DNA from: an uncultured delta proteobacterium
GTDB lineage: Bacteria; Myxococcota_A; Polyangia; Palsa-1104
DNA: 64,000 nt
Reading direction: 5' to 3'
NCBI GenBank assembly: GCA_963785725.1
Contig: CAWAWS010000026.1
Location: forward strand, 1 to 64,000
In this document: piece by piece, positions 48,061-58,494 of the stretch
Layout of the letters: each line of letters opens with the position of its first letter
How positions within the stretch are numbered: position 1 is the first letter of the stretch
The notes under the pieces: generated by a model
What the model saw: only the letters and a program-made list of their open reading frames with translations
What the model was told of the DNA's origin: nothing
The model's database searches: none
Translations under genes and position numbers: made by a program

Positions 48061-48422
48061 CGCCGGCGACGGCACGGGCGCCGCAGAAGATCGACCAGAC
48101 GCTGGCGGCGCTCGCCGATCCGAGCCGGCGCGGCGTCATCGACCTCTTGCGCAAGCGGCCGCGGCGCGCCGGCGAGCTGGCCGAGGCGCTGGCGCTGAGC
48201 GCACAGGCGATGAGCCGCCACCTGCGCGTCCTGCGTCAGGCGGGGCTCGTCGAGGAGGGCGAGAGCGACGCGCCCGACGATGCCCGCGTGCGCGTCTATC
48301 AGCTACGGCGGCAGCCGTTTGCATCGCTGCGGCAGTGGACCGAGGAGGTCGAGGCGTTTTGGGGCGCGCAGCTCGGCGCCTTCGCCGCGCACGTCGAAAA
48401 GCGCGGCCGCGAGCGCAAGTGA
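48057..48422 (+). CDS. ArsR/SmtB family regulator
   Basis: ALADPSRR, AGELA and MSRHLRVLRQAGLV motifs; GTGA overlaps at both ends. Confidence 0.9.
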   Translation: MTPATARAPQKIDQTLAALADPSRRGVIDLLRKRPRRAGELAEALALSAQAMSRHLRVLRQAGLVEEGESDAPDDARVRVYQLRRQPFASLRQWTEEVEAFWGAQLGAFAAHVEKRGRERK

Positions 48423-48913
48423 GCGGCAAGCCGGGCGACGAGGCGCGCGTCACGGTGCAGGTCGGCGTCGCGCCGGCGGAGGCGTTCGACATCTTCACGC
48501 GCGAAATCGACGTCTGGTGGCGGCGCGGCATCCGCTATCGCGCGTCCGGTCGCCACGCCGGCGTCTTGCACTTCGAGGCCGGCGTCGGCGGTCGCCTGTT
48601 CGAGACCTTCGGCATCGACGGCCAGGAGCAGCTCGTCGTCGTCGGCACGATCACGGCGTGGGAGCCGCCGCATCGCTTCGTCTTCGACTGGCGCAACGCG
48701 ACCTTCGCGCCGCACGAGAAGACCGAGGTCGAGGTGCGCTTCGAGGCCGCCGGCGACGGCACGCGCGTCACCGTCGCGCATCGCGGCTGGAGCGCGCTGC
48801 CGCCGGACCATCCCGCGCGTCACGGCCTTTTGCCGAGCCCTTTTATCGCCATGATCGGCATGTGGTGGGGCGATTTGATGGGCGCGCTCCGTCGTCACGC
48901 GCAGCCAAAGTAG
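48419..48913 (+). CDS. SRPBCC/AHSA1 domain protein
   Basis: AFDIFT..ID.WW, WEPPHR..F.W, TEVEVRF and TRV...HRGW motifs. Confidence 0.88.
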   Translation: MSGKPGDEARVTVQVGVAPAEAFDIFTREIDVWWRRGIRYRASGRHAGVLHFEAGVGGRLFETFGIDGQEQLVVVGTITAWEPPHRFVFDWRNATFAPHEKTEVEVRFEAAGDGTRVTVAHRGWSALPPDHPARHGLLPSPFIAMIGMWWGDLMGALRRHAQPK

Positions 48914-48980
48914 GGCTGTCTTTCGCGCGCGACGCGACTGCACGAGCGGCAGTATCGACGCCGAAGTAGCTATCGACGTG

Positions 48981-49511
48981 TCAGATGCGGCGTTCGAAGA
49001 GCCGCGTCGGCGCGCCGTGATAGCTGACCTCGGCGAACGGGCGATAACCGCACTTCTCGGCGACGCGAATGGAGGCGAGGTTGCCGAGATCGATGAGGCA
49101 GACGGTGCGGCGTGCCGGCAGCGCGGCGTCGGCCCAGGCGAGCGCGGTGGTGACGGCTTCGGTGCCGAGGCCGCGACCGTGTGCCCACGGCGCCAAGGCC
49201 CAGCCGATTTCGGGGGCGAAGTCGGCGACGGGCGGATCGAGCGCGCGCTTGAAGTCGCCGAAGCCGATGTTGCCGGCGTAGCGGCCGCTCTCTTTGTCGA
49301 CGATCATCCAAAAGCCGTAGCCGAGGAGCTGCCAATGGCCGGCGTAGCGGAGCAGGCGATGCCAGCTCTCCTCGGCCGTGAAGGGGCGGCCGCCGATGTG
49401 GCGGGTGACCTCGGGGTCGGCCCACATGGCGGCCAAGGCGGCGTAGTCGTCGAGGCCGTGGACGCGGAAGGTGAGGCGAGCGCTCTCGAGCGTGGGTGGC
49501 GCGGAGGACAT
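48981..49511 (-). CDS. GNAT N-acetyltransferase (RimJ/RimL-like)
   Basis: PEIGW, HGRGLGTEA and N.ASIRVAEKCG motifs. Confidence 0.9.
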   Translation of the reverse strand: MSSAPPTLESARLTFRVHGLDDYAALAAMWADPEVTRHIGGRPFTAEESWHRLLRYAGHWQLLGYGFWMIVDKESGRYAGNIGFGDFKRALDPPVADFAPEIGWALAPWAHGRGLGTEAVTTALAWADAALPARRTVCLIDLGNLASIRVAEKCGYRPFAEVSYHGAPTRLFERRI

Positions 49512-49563
49512 GCGTCATCGTCGACGCAGCGGCGGCGAAATTCAAGCCGCGCGTGACGATGAA

Positions 49564-52527
49564 TCAGCGGGCGGGGCGACCTTTGCCGGGCGGCGGGCGA
49601 TGGCCGCCGCGCGTGGGCGGACGCTCGCCGCCGCCGCCGCGATCGCCGAAAGCGCCGCGCGACGGCGGGCCCGCGTGGCTGCGCGCCGGCGGACGGCCGC
49701 CGCCGGCCGACGGGCCACGAGCCGGCGCGCTCGAGCCGGGACCGCGCGACGCGGGCTTACTGCCGTACGAGCCGCGCTCGGACGCGCCAGCCGAGGTGCC
49801 GCGCGGTGCCGGCTTGCCGTACGAGCCGCGCTCGGACGGAGCGCGCGAGGCTGGCTTGCTGCCGTACGCGCCGCGCTCGGACGGGCCGGACGACGGAGCG
49901 CGCGAGGCCGGCTTGCCGTACGAGCCGCGCTCGCCGGGACCGGACGACGGAGCGCGCGAAGCCGGCTTGCCGTACGAGCCGCGCTCGCCGGGACCGGACG
50001 ACGGTTTGCCGTACGAAGAACGCTCGCCCGGGCCCGACGACGGACCACGCGGTGCGGGCTTGTTGCCGTACGAGCCGCGCTCGGATGGTCCCGACGAATG
50101 CGGCTTGCCATACGAAGTCCGCTCGGGAGCGCCTGACGACGGACCGCGCGAAGCGGGCTTGCCGTACGACGTCCGCTCGGGAGCGCCCGACGACGGACCG
50201 CGCGAAGCGGGCTTGCCATACGAAGTCCGCTCGGGAGCGCCTGACGACGGACCGCGCGAAGCGGGCTTGCCATACGAAGTCCGCTCGGGAGCGCCGGACG
50301 ATGGACCGCGCGGCGCGGGCTTGCCATACGAAGTCCGCTCGGGCGCGCCGGACGATGGACCGCGCGGCGCGGGCTTGCCGTACGACGTCCGCTCGGGCGC
50401 GCCGGACGACGGGCCGCGCGGCGCCGGCTTGCCGTACGACGTCCGCTCGGTCGTGCGCTCGTGCACGCGCTCGGACGCGCGCTTCGTGCCGAACGTCGTC
50501 TTCGACGCGGCGGCGGCCGCCTGCGTGCGCGTCACCGGCCGATCGCCGCCGCGCGCCGGAATGACCACCGGCGCGTCTTCCGACATCAGCGGCCCCGTCG
50601 GCATCGCGACCGGCGCGGGCGCGGGCTTGGCCACGATCGGTTCCGGCGCGCTGACCGGCGCGCTCGTCTGGGATTCTTCGTTCGACATCGTCTCGTTCTC
50701 GTCGTTCTGCAAGTCGATAGGCTCGCTCGGTACGGGTTTGTGCTCGGTGCGAGCGGGCTTGCCCTCACTCGGCGTGGATTTGGTGGCGGTGGTGCGCGCG
50801 GTCGTCGTGGTGCGCGGCGCCGGTCGGTCGCCCTGGCTGCGCGCCGGCCGCGCCGGTCCGACGGCGGACTTGCCCGGCAGCGCGTCGCGCGACGGCCCGA
50901 TGACGACCTTGGGCGCGCGCGGATCGCGCTCGGCGGCGTTGGCGGCGAAGTCGGCCGCGGCCCGCGCCGCGACCTCGACATACGTGCGATCGCGCGCGAT
51001 GCGGATGGCGCCGACTTCGCGCCGCGTGATGCCGCCGCGACGACAGACCAGCGGCAAGATCCACTTGGCGTCGGCGCTGTCGGCGCTGCCCAAGTTGACC
51101 TCGAACAGGACGAAGCCAGCCGACGCCCCGCCGCCGCGCGACGGGGACGCCGCCGACGCATGCTCGAGCTTGACCGACTTCAGCGGCTCACCCGCCGGAC
51201 GACCGGCCAGCGCGCGATCCATCAGCACGGCCACGACCGCGACCGCGTCATGATCGCCGAGCAGCTGCTCCGCCAGCGTCGTCATGTCGTCGGGCTGCGG
51301 CTGGCCGATGGCTTCGGTGAGCGCGGTGACGAGGTTGGCGCGATCGTGCGCCGTGACCGCGGCCGCGTCGGGCGGCGCCGTCCACGACAGCTTCAGGTGC
51401 GCGTCGCGGAAGAGCCGCTCGGCGCGCCGGCGCGCGCTCATCTCGACGATGAACGTGTTGATGCCCTTGTTGCCGGCGCGTCCGGTTCGTCCCGAGCGAT
51501 GCGTCAGCGCCTCGGCATTTTCCGGCAGATCGGCGTGCACGACCAAGCCGACGTCGGGCAGATCGAGCCCGCGCGCCGCGACGTTCGTGGCCACGAGCAC
51601 GCGCACTTTGCCGCGCCGCAACGCTTCGAGCGCCCGCGTGCGGTCTTCCTGCGCGCGATCGCCGGAGATCGCCGTCGCCGCGAAGCCGCGCGCCGTCAGC
51701 TGCGTGTGCAGCTCGCTGACGTTCTCGCGCGTGCGGCAAAAGACGATGGCGCGATCGTCGTCGGCCAGCCTGAGCACGTTCACGAGCGCCGCCAAGCGAT
51801 CGCCGTCGGCGCACAAGTGCGCGACATGCGTAATGTCTTCGTGCGCCTTCGGGCTGTTGCCGGCGGCGCCGCGCGGGTCGAGCGCCAGCGCGTCCTTTTG
51901 GAACTTGCGCGCCAGCGTGCGAATCCCCGGCGGCAGCGTCGCCGAGAACAAGAGCGTGCGCCGCGTCTCCGGCGTCGCCTGCAAGATGGTCTCGAGCCCT
52001 TCGCGAAAGCCGAGATCGAGCATCTCGTCGGCTTCGTCGAGCACGACCACTTCGATGCCCGACAGATCGAGCGCCTTGCGATCGATCAGGTCGACGAGCC
52101 GACCGGGCGTGCCGACGGCGATGTCGACGCCGCGCTTCAAGTTGCGCGCGTCCAAGCGCAGGTCGGTGCCACCGGTGAACGACACGATGCGCGCGCTCGT
52201 CCGGCCGAACAGCCAGCCGAGCTCGCGCTGCACCTGCGCCGCCAATTCACGCGTCGGCGCCACGACGAGCGCGCGCGCCTTGTCCTTCTGCTCGAACGTG
52301 TCGGTCTCGCCGAGCAGCTTCTTGCCGATGACGAGCCCGAACGCCACCGTCTTGCCCGAGCCCGTCTGCGACGAGACCAAGAGGTCGGCATCGGCCGCGC
52401 CGAGCACGCGCGCTTGCACCGGCGTCGGCTGCTTGTATTCCCGCTCGGTCAGGGCCGCGGCGAGAGATTTTGGGGCGCCCAACGCGGCGAAGTCGGCTGA
52501 ATCGGGCTCACTACTTGTTGCAGTCAC
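49564..52527 (-). CDS. DEAD-box RNA helicase with DbpA RNA-binding domain and long repeat tail
   Basis: PTPVQ, SQTGSGKT, PTRELA, TPGR, DEAD, SAT, ARGLD and HRSGRTGR motifs; DbpA-like segment VNLG...VGAIRI. Confidence 0.95.
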   Translation of the reverse strand: MTATSSEPDSADFAALGAPKSLAAALTEREYKQPTPVQARVLGAADADLLVSSQTGSGKTVAFGLVIGKKLLGETDTFEQKDKARALVVAPTRELAAQVQRELGWLFGRTSARIVSFTGGTDLRLDARNLKRGVDIAVGTPGRLVDLIDRKALDLSGIEVVVLDEADEMLDLGFREGLETILQATPETRRTLLFSATLPPGIRTLARKFQKDALALDPRGAAGNSPKAHEDITHVAHLCADGDRLAALVNVLRLADDDRAIVFCRTRENVSELHTQLTARGFAATAISGDRAQEDRTRALEALRRGKVRVLVATNVAARGLDLPDVGLVVHADLPENAEALTHRSGRTGRAGNKGINTFIVEMSARRRAERLFRDAHLKLSWTAPPDAAAVTAHDRANLVTALTEAIGQPQPDDMTTLAEQLLGDHDAVAVVAVLMDRALAGRPAGEPLKSVKLEHASAASPSRGGGASAGFVLFEVNLGSADSADAKWILPLVCRRGGITRREVGAIRIARDRTYVEVAARAAADFAANAAERDPRAPKVVIGPSRDALPGKSAVGPARPARSQGDRPAPRTTTTARTTATKSTPSEGKPARTEHKPVPSEPIDLQNDENETMSNEESQTSAPVSAPEPIVAKPAPAPVAMPTGPLMSEDAPVVIPARGGDRPVTRTQAAAAASKTTFGTKRASERVHERTTERTSYGKPAPRGPSSGAPERTSYGKPAPRGPSSGAPERTSYGKPAPRGPSSGAPERTSYGKPASRGPSSGAPERTSYGKPASRGPSSGAPERTSYGKPASRGPSSGAPERTSYGKPHSSGPSERGSYGNKPAPRGPSSGPGERSSYGKPSSGPGERGSYGKPASRAPSSGPGERGSYGKPASRAPSSGPSERGAYGSKPASRAPSERGSYGKPAPRGTSAGASERGSYGSKPASRGPGSSAPARGPSAGGGRPPARSHAGPPSRGAFGDRGGGGERPPTRGGHRPPPGKGRPAR
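49735..50448 (-). repeat. Intragenic ~54-bp tandem repeat (14 ER-x-[SA]-YG units)
   Basis: Six near-identical ERTSYGKPA[PS]RGPSSGAP units, then eight degenerate ones. Confidence 0.9.
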
Positions 52528-52635
52528 GGCGTCTAGATAGCACGCCGATGACGATCCGCGTCGAAATCCGCCGTTTTCGTCGTCATTTGCTCGTTGTTTG
52601 CGACGGAGCGGCGGAACGCGCTATGAAACTGGCCC

Positions 52636-53196
52636 ATGGGACTCGCCGAGCTCGCGTTTCGCCTCACCGGATGGCGCACCGAAGGCGGTCCGCCGCCGGA
52701 CGACCGCTTCGTGCTCATCGCCGCGCCGCACACGTCGAATTGGGACGCCGTCATCATGCTGGTGGCGGCGCGAATCTTCGGTTTGCCGCTGGCCTGGTTC
52801 GTCAAAGACGACTGGTTCAAGTTTCCGATGGGGCCGCTCATGCGTCGCTTGGGCGGCGTGCCCATCAATCGCAGCGCGCGCCACGGCGTCGTCGAGCAGG
52901 CGGTCGAACGGCTGCAGGGCGACGAGCCGCTCGCGTTGGCAGTGCCGCCCGAAGGCACGCGCGGCAAAGCGCCGCACTGGAAGACCGGCTTCTATCACAT
53001 CGCCCGCGGCGCCAAGGTGCCGATCGTGCTCGCTTATCTCGATTACGGTCGCAAAGTGGCCGGCCTTGGTCCGGCGTTCGTGCCGACGGGAAACATGGAG
53101 GAGGACTTCAAGGTCTTCGCCGAGTTCTACAAGGATATCAAAGGCAAGCACCCGGAGCTCGCGGGCCCGATCGTGCCGCCGCCGGCCAAGACGTAG
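52636..53196 (+). CDS. Lysophospholipid acyltransferase (PlsC family)
   Basis: PHTSNWD, PEGTR and WKTGFY motifs. Confidence 0.92.
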   Translation: MGLAELAFRLTGWRTEGGPPPDDRFVLIAAPHTSNWDAVIMLVAARIFGLPLAWFVKDDWFKFPMGPLMRRLGGVPINRSARHGVVEQAVERLQGDEPLALAVPPEGTRGKAPHWKTGFYHIARGAKVPIVLAYLDYGRKVAGLGPAFVPTGNMEEDFKVFAEFYKDIKGKHPELAGPIVPPPAKT

Positions 53197-53205
53197 CCGC
53201 GCCGC

Positions 53206-55176
53206 TCACTTCACGAGCAGCGGCGTCACCCACGGCACCTCTTCGGCGTGCTGGTTGAGCCGCCGGGTCCATTCGTCGTCATCCAGCCGCTGATAATGCT
53301 CGGTCGTCAGCTCGTAGTAGGACGACACGTAGCCGCGGAACAGCTGCGGCCCATGGCTCGTGGGCAGCTCGATGACGATGAGCCGCGGCCGCCCGGTCGC
53401 CACGCTCAGGATCTTGCCGACCGGGTTGCCGTCGGCATCGGTGGGCTGCGTGTGCACGTCGGCGATGGTCGGTCGCTGCCACAGGACGTCGGAGCAATCG
53501 TAATAGAGGTCGGCGTACCAGCCGAGCGGCCGATACATCGGCGCGCAGCCGCCGCCTTGGACCTTGATCGAGACCGCCTGGTTCATGAAGTCGAGGTCGG
53601 CGAGCAGGAGCGGCTTGCCGTCGCGCTCGCGTTCGGCCATGGCGCCGAGGTGGGTCGTCACCGCGGCAAACTGGGCGAAGTAGTCCTTCATATGAGCGCG
53701 CAGCTCGGCGTGCGCGGCGTCGTTCGGCAGCGCCTCGACGAGCGCGGCGGCGTGGTGCGCCAGCTCCGTCATCGCGGCGAAGAACTGCGGATACGGATCG
53801 ACGTAGGCATCGGGGAACTTGCACATCGCTTCGCCGGTGAAGGACTGCTTGGCGTAGAGGATCGTGTCGCGGCGCAGCTCGGCCCATGACGCCAGCTGCG
53901 ACTGCAGGAGCCGCCGATTCCAGGCCTCGCCGCGCAACGGCCACGGCAGCTTGTTGCCGCAATCGGGCTGCGACAGGCCGCGCAGCGCCAAGAGCCATTC
54001 GTGACCGAGGCTGCCGTGCCAGAGCGCGTCGCCGGCGCTGTCGCCTTTGCGGGTGACGGCGGCGAGCGCGTCGTCGTAACGATACGCCTTCAGCTCGGGC
54101 GCCAGCAGCCGCTTCGCCTCCGGGTTGTGGAAGACGGCGGCGCCGACGTCGAGCGGGCTCGGCATCATCCGCTTCTGCGGCAAGGCGCCGTAGACGACCG
54201 AGGCGAGCACGTCGCTGTCGAAGACGTAGCGCTGACCGAGCGCGATGAAGCTGATGCTCTGCTGATCGGGCCGTTTCAGCTGCGACAGGATGTGTTGCTT
54301 CGCGGCGCGCTCGAAGGCGGCCGCCACGGCCGCGCCGTCGTCGCCATGCAGCGCGTCGAGGCCGGCGCGGAGGCCGGGGAACGACATCGAGTCGGGCGGA
54401 CCGACGAAGCCGCCGAGCGTCCGATCGACCATCGTCCAAGCCTTCTGCGCGCGCGCCGAGAAGCAGCGCCGCAAGAGGCGCGCGGCGGCCAGTGCCCGCC
54501 GATTGACCTCCCACGGCTTGTCGCCTTCGCGCGTCGCCAAGAGCAGCTCCGTGCGTCCCAGCCACGTGAACGCGCGGAAATAGCGCTGCAGCCGCGGATC
54601 GTAAGTGTAGTGACCGCGCGGCTTGAACATCGACTCGTCGATCTTCATGGGCGCGCCGAAGAGCTCGATCGTCGCCGTGCCGGTGGCCTTGCGCAGCTGC
54701 GCGGCTAAGTCGAGCGCCGCGGCCGGCATCCCTGGCTGCGGCTTGGCCTCGAGCGCCACGGCGTCTTCGTCGAGCAGCGCCGCGGCGACGCCGAGGTAGA
54801 GCTCGAGGTCGGCGCGCGCCGTCGCGTCCGCGTCCTTGAACGTGGCCAGCCGCGCGCGCAGCTCGTCGACCAAGGTCTCGAGACTGTCGATGAGATAGGC
54901 GCGCTCGAGCTCGGCCAAGATGTCGTCGAACGACGCATGCAGCGCGTGCGCGATGGCGTCGGCCGTGAAATAGACCGGCTGATCGTGCTGGAAGATCTCG
55001 TTGTAACCGAGGTGGAAGCCGCCCGCTGACTGCGTGGGGTCGATGTAAAAGCCGTGCGCCGCGAGCGCGGCGCGCTGGGTGCTCGTCGGCTCGACGACGG
55101 GCCCGACGATGGCGCCGCGTGCGAGCGCGGACGACGACACGAGCACGGCCAGTGCGAGCGCAAATAGGCGTGGCAT
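53206..55176 (-). CDS. DUF3160 domain secreted protein
   Basis: Signal peptide; FKPRGHYT, YFRA..W.GR, LASWAELRRDTILYAKQS and IADVHT motifs. Confidence 0.85.
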   Translation of the reverse strand: MPRLFALALAVLVSSSALARGAIVGPVVEPTSTQRAALAAHGFYIDPTQSAGGFHLGYNEIFQHDQPVYFTADAIAHALHASFDDILAELERAYLIDSLETLVDELRARLATFKDADATARADLELYLGVAAALLDEDAVALEAKPQPGMPAAALDLAAQLRKATGTATIELFGAPMKIDESMFKPRGHYTYDPRLQRYFRAFTWLGRTELLLATREGDKPWEVNRRALAAARLLRRCFSARAQKAWTMVDRTLGGFVGPPDSMSFPGLRAGLDALHGDDGAAVAAAFERAAKQHILSQLKRPDQQSISFIALGQRYVFDSDVLASVVYGALPQKRMMPSPLDVGAAVFHNPEAKRLLAPELKAYRYDDALAAVTRKGDSAGDALWHGSLGHEWLLALRGLSQPDCGNKLPWPLRGEAWNRRLLQSQLASWAELRRDTILYAKQSFTGEAMCKFPDAYVDPYPQFFAAMTELAHHAAALVEALPNDAAHAELRAHMKDYFAQFAAVTTHLGAMAERERDGKPLLLADLDFMNQAVSIKVQGGGCAPMYRPLGWYADLYYDCSDVLWQRPTIADVHTQPTDADGNPVGKILSVATGRPRLIVIELPTSHGPQLFRGYVSSYYELTTEHYQRLDDDEWTRRLNQHAEEVPWVTPLLVK

Positions 55177-55296
55177 GGTCGGTTGTACGCAATCGATGGC
55201 ACGTGAGCTTCCCTCGATTGCGTACGAAAGACGCGCGGTTGTGCGTCAGATCATGCCGATCGTTCGCCGCTGCTAGTGGCTTTGCAGGACGCGTCC

Positions 55297-56747
55297 TCAG
55301 CGATCGGTCAGGGCCGTGGCGGCGTGGCGCGCGAGCGCGGGCAGGGCGGCCTGCGCGGCGAAGTAGCCGCATAAGCCGTGTACGCCGCCGCCGGGCGGAG
55401 TCGCCGCCGAGCACAAGAAGATGCGCCGGTGCGGCGTGCGATAAGGATTCCAGCGCGCCACCGGCCGCGTGAACAGCTGCCCCAGATCGGCGACGCCGCC
55501 CGTGATCGCGCCGCCGACGTAGGTCGGGTTGTAGCGCTCGAAGTCGGCGGCGGTCATCGCGTGGCGCGCCAAGATGCGCTCGCCGAAGCCGGGCGCGAAC
55601 CGCTCCAGCTGCCGCTCGACGACCGCCGTTTGATCGATCGTCGAGCCGTGCGGCACGTGGCAGTAGGCGTAACCCGTCTGCTTTCCGGCGGGCGCGCGGC
55701 TGGGATCGAGCGCGCTCTGCTGCACGACGAGCACGAACGGCCGCTCGGCGTGCTCGCCGCGCCACATTTGCCGCTCGCCGGCGGCGATCTCGTCGAGGGT
55801 GCCGCCGAGGTGCACCGTCGCGGCTTCGGCGACGGCGGGATCGCGCCAGGGGATCGGACCGTCGAGCGCCCAGTCGAGCTTGAAGACACCGGGGCCGTAG
55901 CGATAGCGACCGAGACGACGCACGTAGCCGGGCGGCAAAACCGGGCCGGCGATGGCGGCGAGCTGCGCCGGGCTCAAGTCGAAGAGGTAGGCGCGCGCCG
56001 GCGGCAAGTCGGCGAGCGTGCGCACCCAATGGCCGGTCTCGACGCGACCGCCGAGCGACGTGAGGAGGCTCGTCAAGGCGCGCGCGATGGCGACCGAGCC
56101 GCCTTGCGCGACGGGCCAATCCTCGACGTGACCGGTCATGCAGAAGATGAGGCCGAGCGCCGCCGTCAGCTTGTTCTCGAGCGGCTGGATGGCGTGTGCG
56201 GCGCAGCCGGCGAACAGCGCCCGCGCGCGCTCGCCCGAAAAGCGCGCCCGCGCCAGGCCAGTCGCCGAACGCAGCGCTTGCAGGCCGAAGCGGAGCATGC
56301 GCCAGGGATGGCGCGGCAGCTGGAGTGGCGCCAGGAATCGGCGATGAGCGCGTGCGGATCCTGCAGGAGCGGCGTCATGAGGCGGCGGTAGGCGTCGGCG
56401 TCGGGGCCGAGCGCGCGCGCCGTCTCGTCGAGCGACCGCTGCAGAATGACGGCCGGCTCACCGTCGAGCGGATGGGCCACCGAGACGCGCGATTGGCGCC
56501 AGACGAGCCCGTGCTCGGCGAGCGGCAGCGTGCGCCAATAGGGCGACAGGATGCCCATCGGGTGGCAGCCCGAGCAGACGTCGTGATGAAAGCCGGGCAG
56601 CGTCAGCTCCGCCGTGCGCGTGCCGCCGCCGAGGTCGGCGTGGCCTTCGAGCACGAGCACCGACGCGCCCTTTTGCGCCAGCGCGATGGCGGCGCTCAAG
56701 CCGTTGGGGCCGGAGCCGATGACGACGACGTCGGGATCGCCGCTCAC
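55297..56747 (-). CDS. Phytoene dehydrogenase-like NAD(P)/FAD oxidoreductase, frameshift near 56334
   Basis: GSGPNGL and HDVCS in ORF 56166..56933; GGS, CSAATPPGGGVHG.CG in ORF 55297..56298. Confidence 0.85.
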
Positions 56748-58413
56748 GCCGTCGCCTTCGTGGGGTGACCGCCGGTCGTCCACGGCTGCGCGGCGCGCAA
56801 GTCGTCGACCGAGAGCGCGCCACTCGCGACTCGACCGCTGGCGGCGTCGACGATGCGCCAGGCGAGCGTGCGCGACAGGAGCGGCTCGGGCTCGACGAAG
56901 ATGCAGCGCAGCTCGCCCGGCTCGAACCCGCACTGCGCTTGCAGCGCCGTCAGCAGCTGCTCGTTGTGCAGGTGGCCGTCGCCGAAGTTCCAGCCGAGCG
57001 CCAGGCCGGCGACAATCTCACCGTCGAGCCATTCGTAGTCGGGCAGGGCGTCGACGGCTCTCGGGACCAGAATGCGGCAGCGCGCGTCCATGCAGATGCA
57101 TCATGCGGAACCCGAATACCATGCCGACGAGGCCGACGGCGGTGGCGCGGCTGTAGACGCGATCGAGCTGGTCGTACACCCAGGCGGCGGACGTCGTGAG
57201 GCGCGCGAGCTTGCGGTAGGACTCGCCGCGGAAGAGCCAGATCGAATAGGGCCAATTGCCGGCGTAGTAGCGCATGGCGAGCAGGAACGAGATGCGCGCC
57301 GGCCAAAGATTGCCCGCCAGCGGTATGATGATGAGCATCATCATTAGGAAGGCGGCGAGCGGCGGCGGTCCAATCGCCAAGAGCGAGACGTCGGGATGGG
57401 CCCAGAAGAGGGCGAAGCCGCCGTAGACCATCATGACGTTCCACTCGAGCGGCACGCCCATCGGCACGTTGCTGGTGATGTAGCCGTGCAGCGCCAGCAT
57501 CATGGCGATGGCGACGATGGGCGGCGTGCCGAGCGGCGTCAGCAAAAAGGCGATGGGCACGCCCATCTCGAGCGCGGTGCCGACGTGCGCCAGCCACGTC
57601 GCCAGCGTCGAAGGGCGCAGATCGTGTGGGTAGTTCCGATACATGCGGCGGCGCAGCCACGGAAAGCGCGTGAGCGGGCCGTTGCTCGTCATGACGCAGA
57701 CGACGGTGGGGAAGTGGTGGTTGAGCTTCGAGAAGCCGGCCCAGAACCAGAGCGCGAGCTGCACCGCTTTGGCGCCGGCGATCCAGGTTCGTCGCGAACG
57801 CAGCGCCACGATCGTGACCCAGTAGTGCTCGGCGCGCGCGGCGAGGAAGATGGTCTTGTCGCAGAGGCCGAGGAGCGGGATCAGCAGCGCCAGCGGCCAC
57901 AGCTCGTGCGCGCTCAGCGTCGGCGCGACGAGCGCGCGCACGGCCGCCGCGACGAGCGCGGCGTAGAGCAGCACGTCGACGACGGTGCGGCGCATGCCGC
58001 CGACGAGCGGCAAGCCGTGGCAACAGCGGCAGCTTGGTCGTCCCCGGGCGCAGGAAGTAGAGAAAGCCGCCGATGGGCGGCAGATAGCGGCCGGTGAGCG
58101 GACCGGAGCCGCAGCCGAAGCCGAGCACTTCGAAGAGGACGCTCCAGACGATCGCCTTCTCGAACGCCAGCGGCAGGAGCCACCAGGCGGCGATGGTCGA
58201 GACGCCGCCGAGCGACGGGCTGGTGCGACAACAGAGGAGCCAGCCGCCGACGTACAGCGCCATCTTGAGCGCGTAGAACGCGTAAGCGCCGAGCGGCGTT
58301 CCGTAGCCTTGCAGCGCCCACGCTTCGCAGACTTGCCGACCGCGCTCCGCGAGTGGCGCTTTGACCCACGCCAGCGGATCGTACGGCGGCGGCGTCGGAT
58401 CGAGCAGGCCCAT
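56744..58413 (-). CDS. DUF3556 membrane protein, several frameshifts
   Basis: GCGSGPLTGRY, DKTIFLAAR.EHY, SKLNHHFP, PMGVPLEWN, MRYYAGNW and GWNFGDGHLH spread over three frames. Confidence 0.8.
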
Positions 58414-58494
58414 GCGGTCACTATATCCTCGTGCCGTCGCCTTTGCGTCGCGCGGGTTGCCGCGATGCGCTCGTTGCGCCTATCCTTTGCGCAA

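Noticed and set aside
47609..48913. Apparent VOC-SRPBCC fusion (434 aa)
   Set aside because: It is an artefact of the frameshift near 47907; three genes with GTGA overlaps explain the region.
49735..50448. Regular ~54-bp repeats resembling a CRISPR array
   Set aside because: No unique spacers, unit lengths are multiples of 3, the repeats are in frame in the helicase tail, and no cas genes are present.
49496..51253. Long plus-strand ORF (585 aa) with GLPYE repeats
   Set aside because: It is the antisense shadow of the DEAD-box gene.
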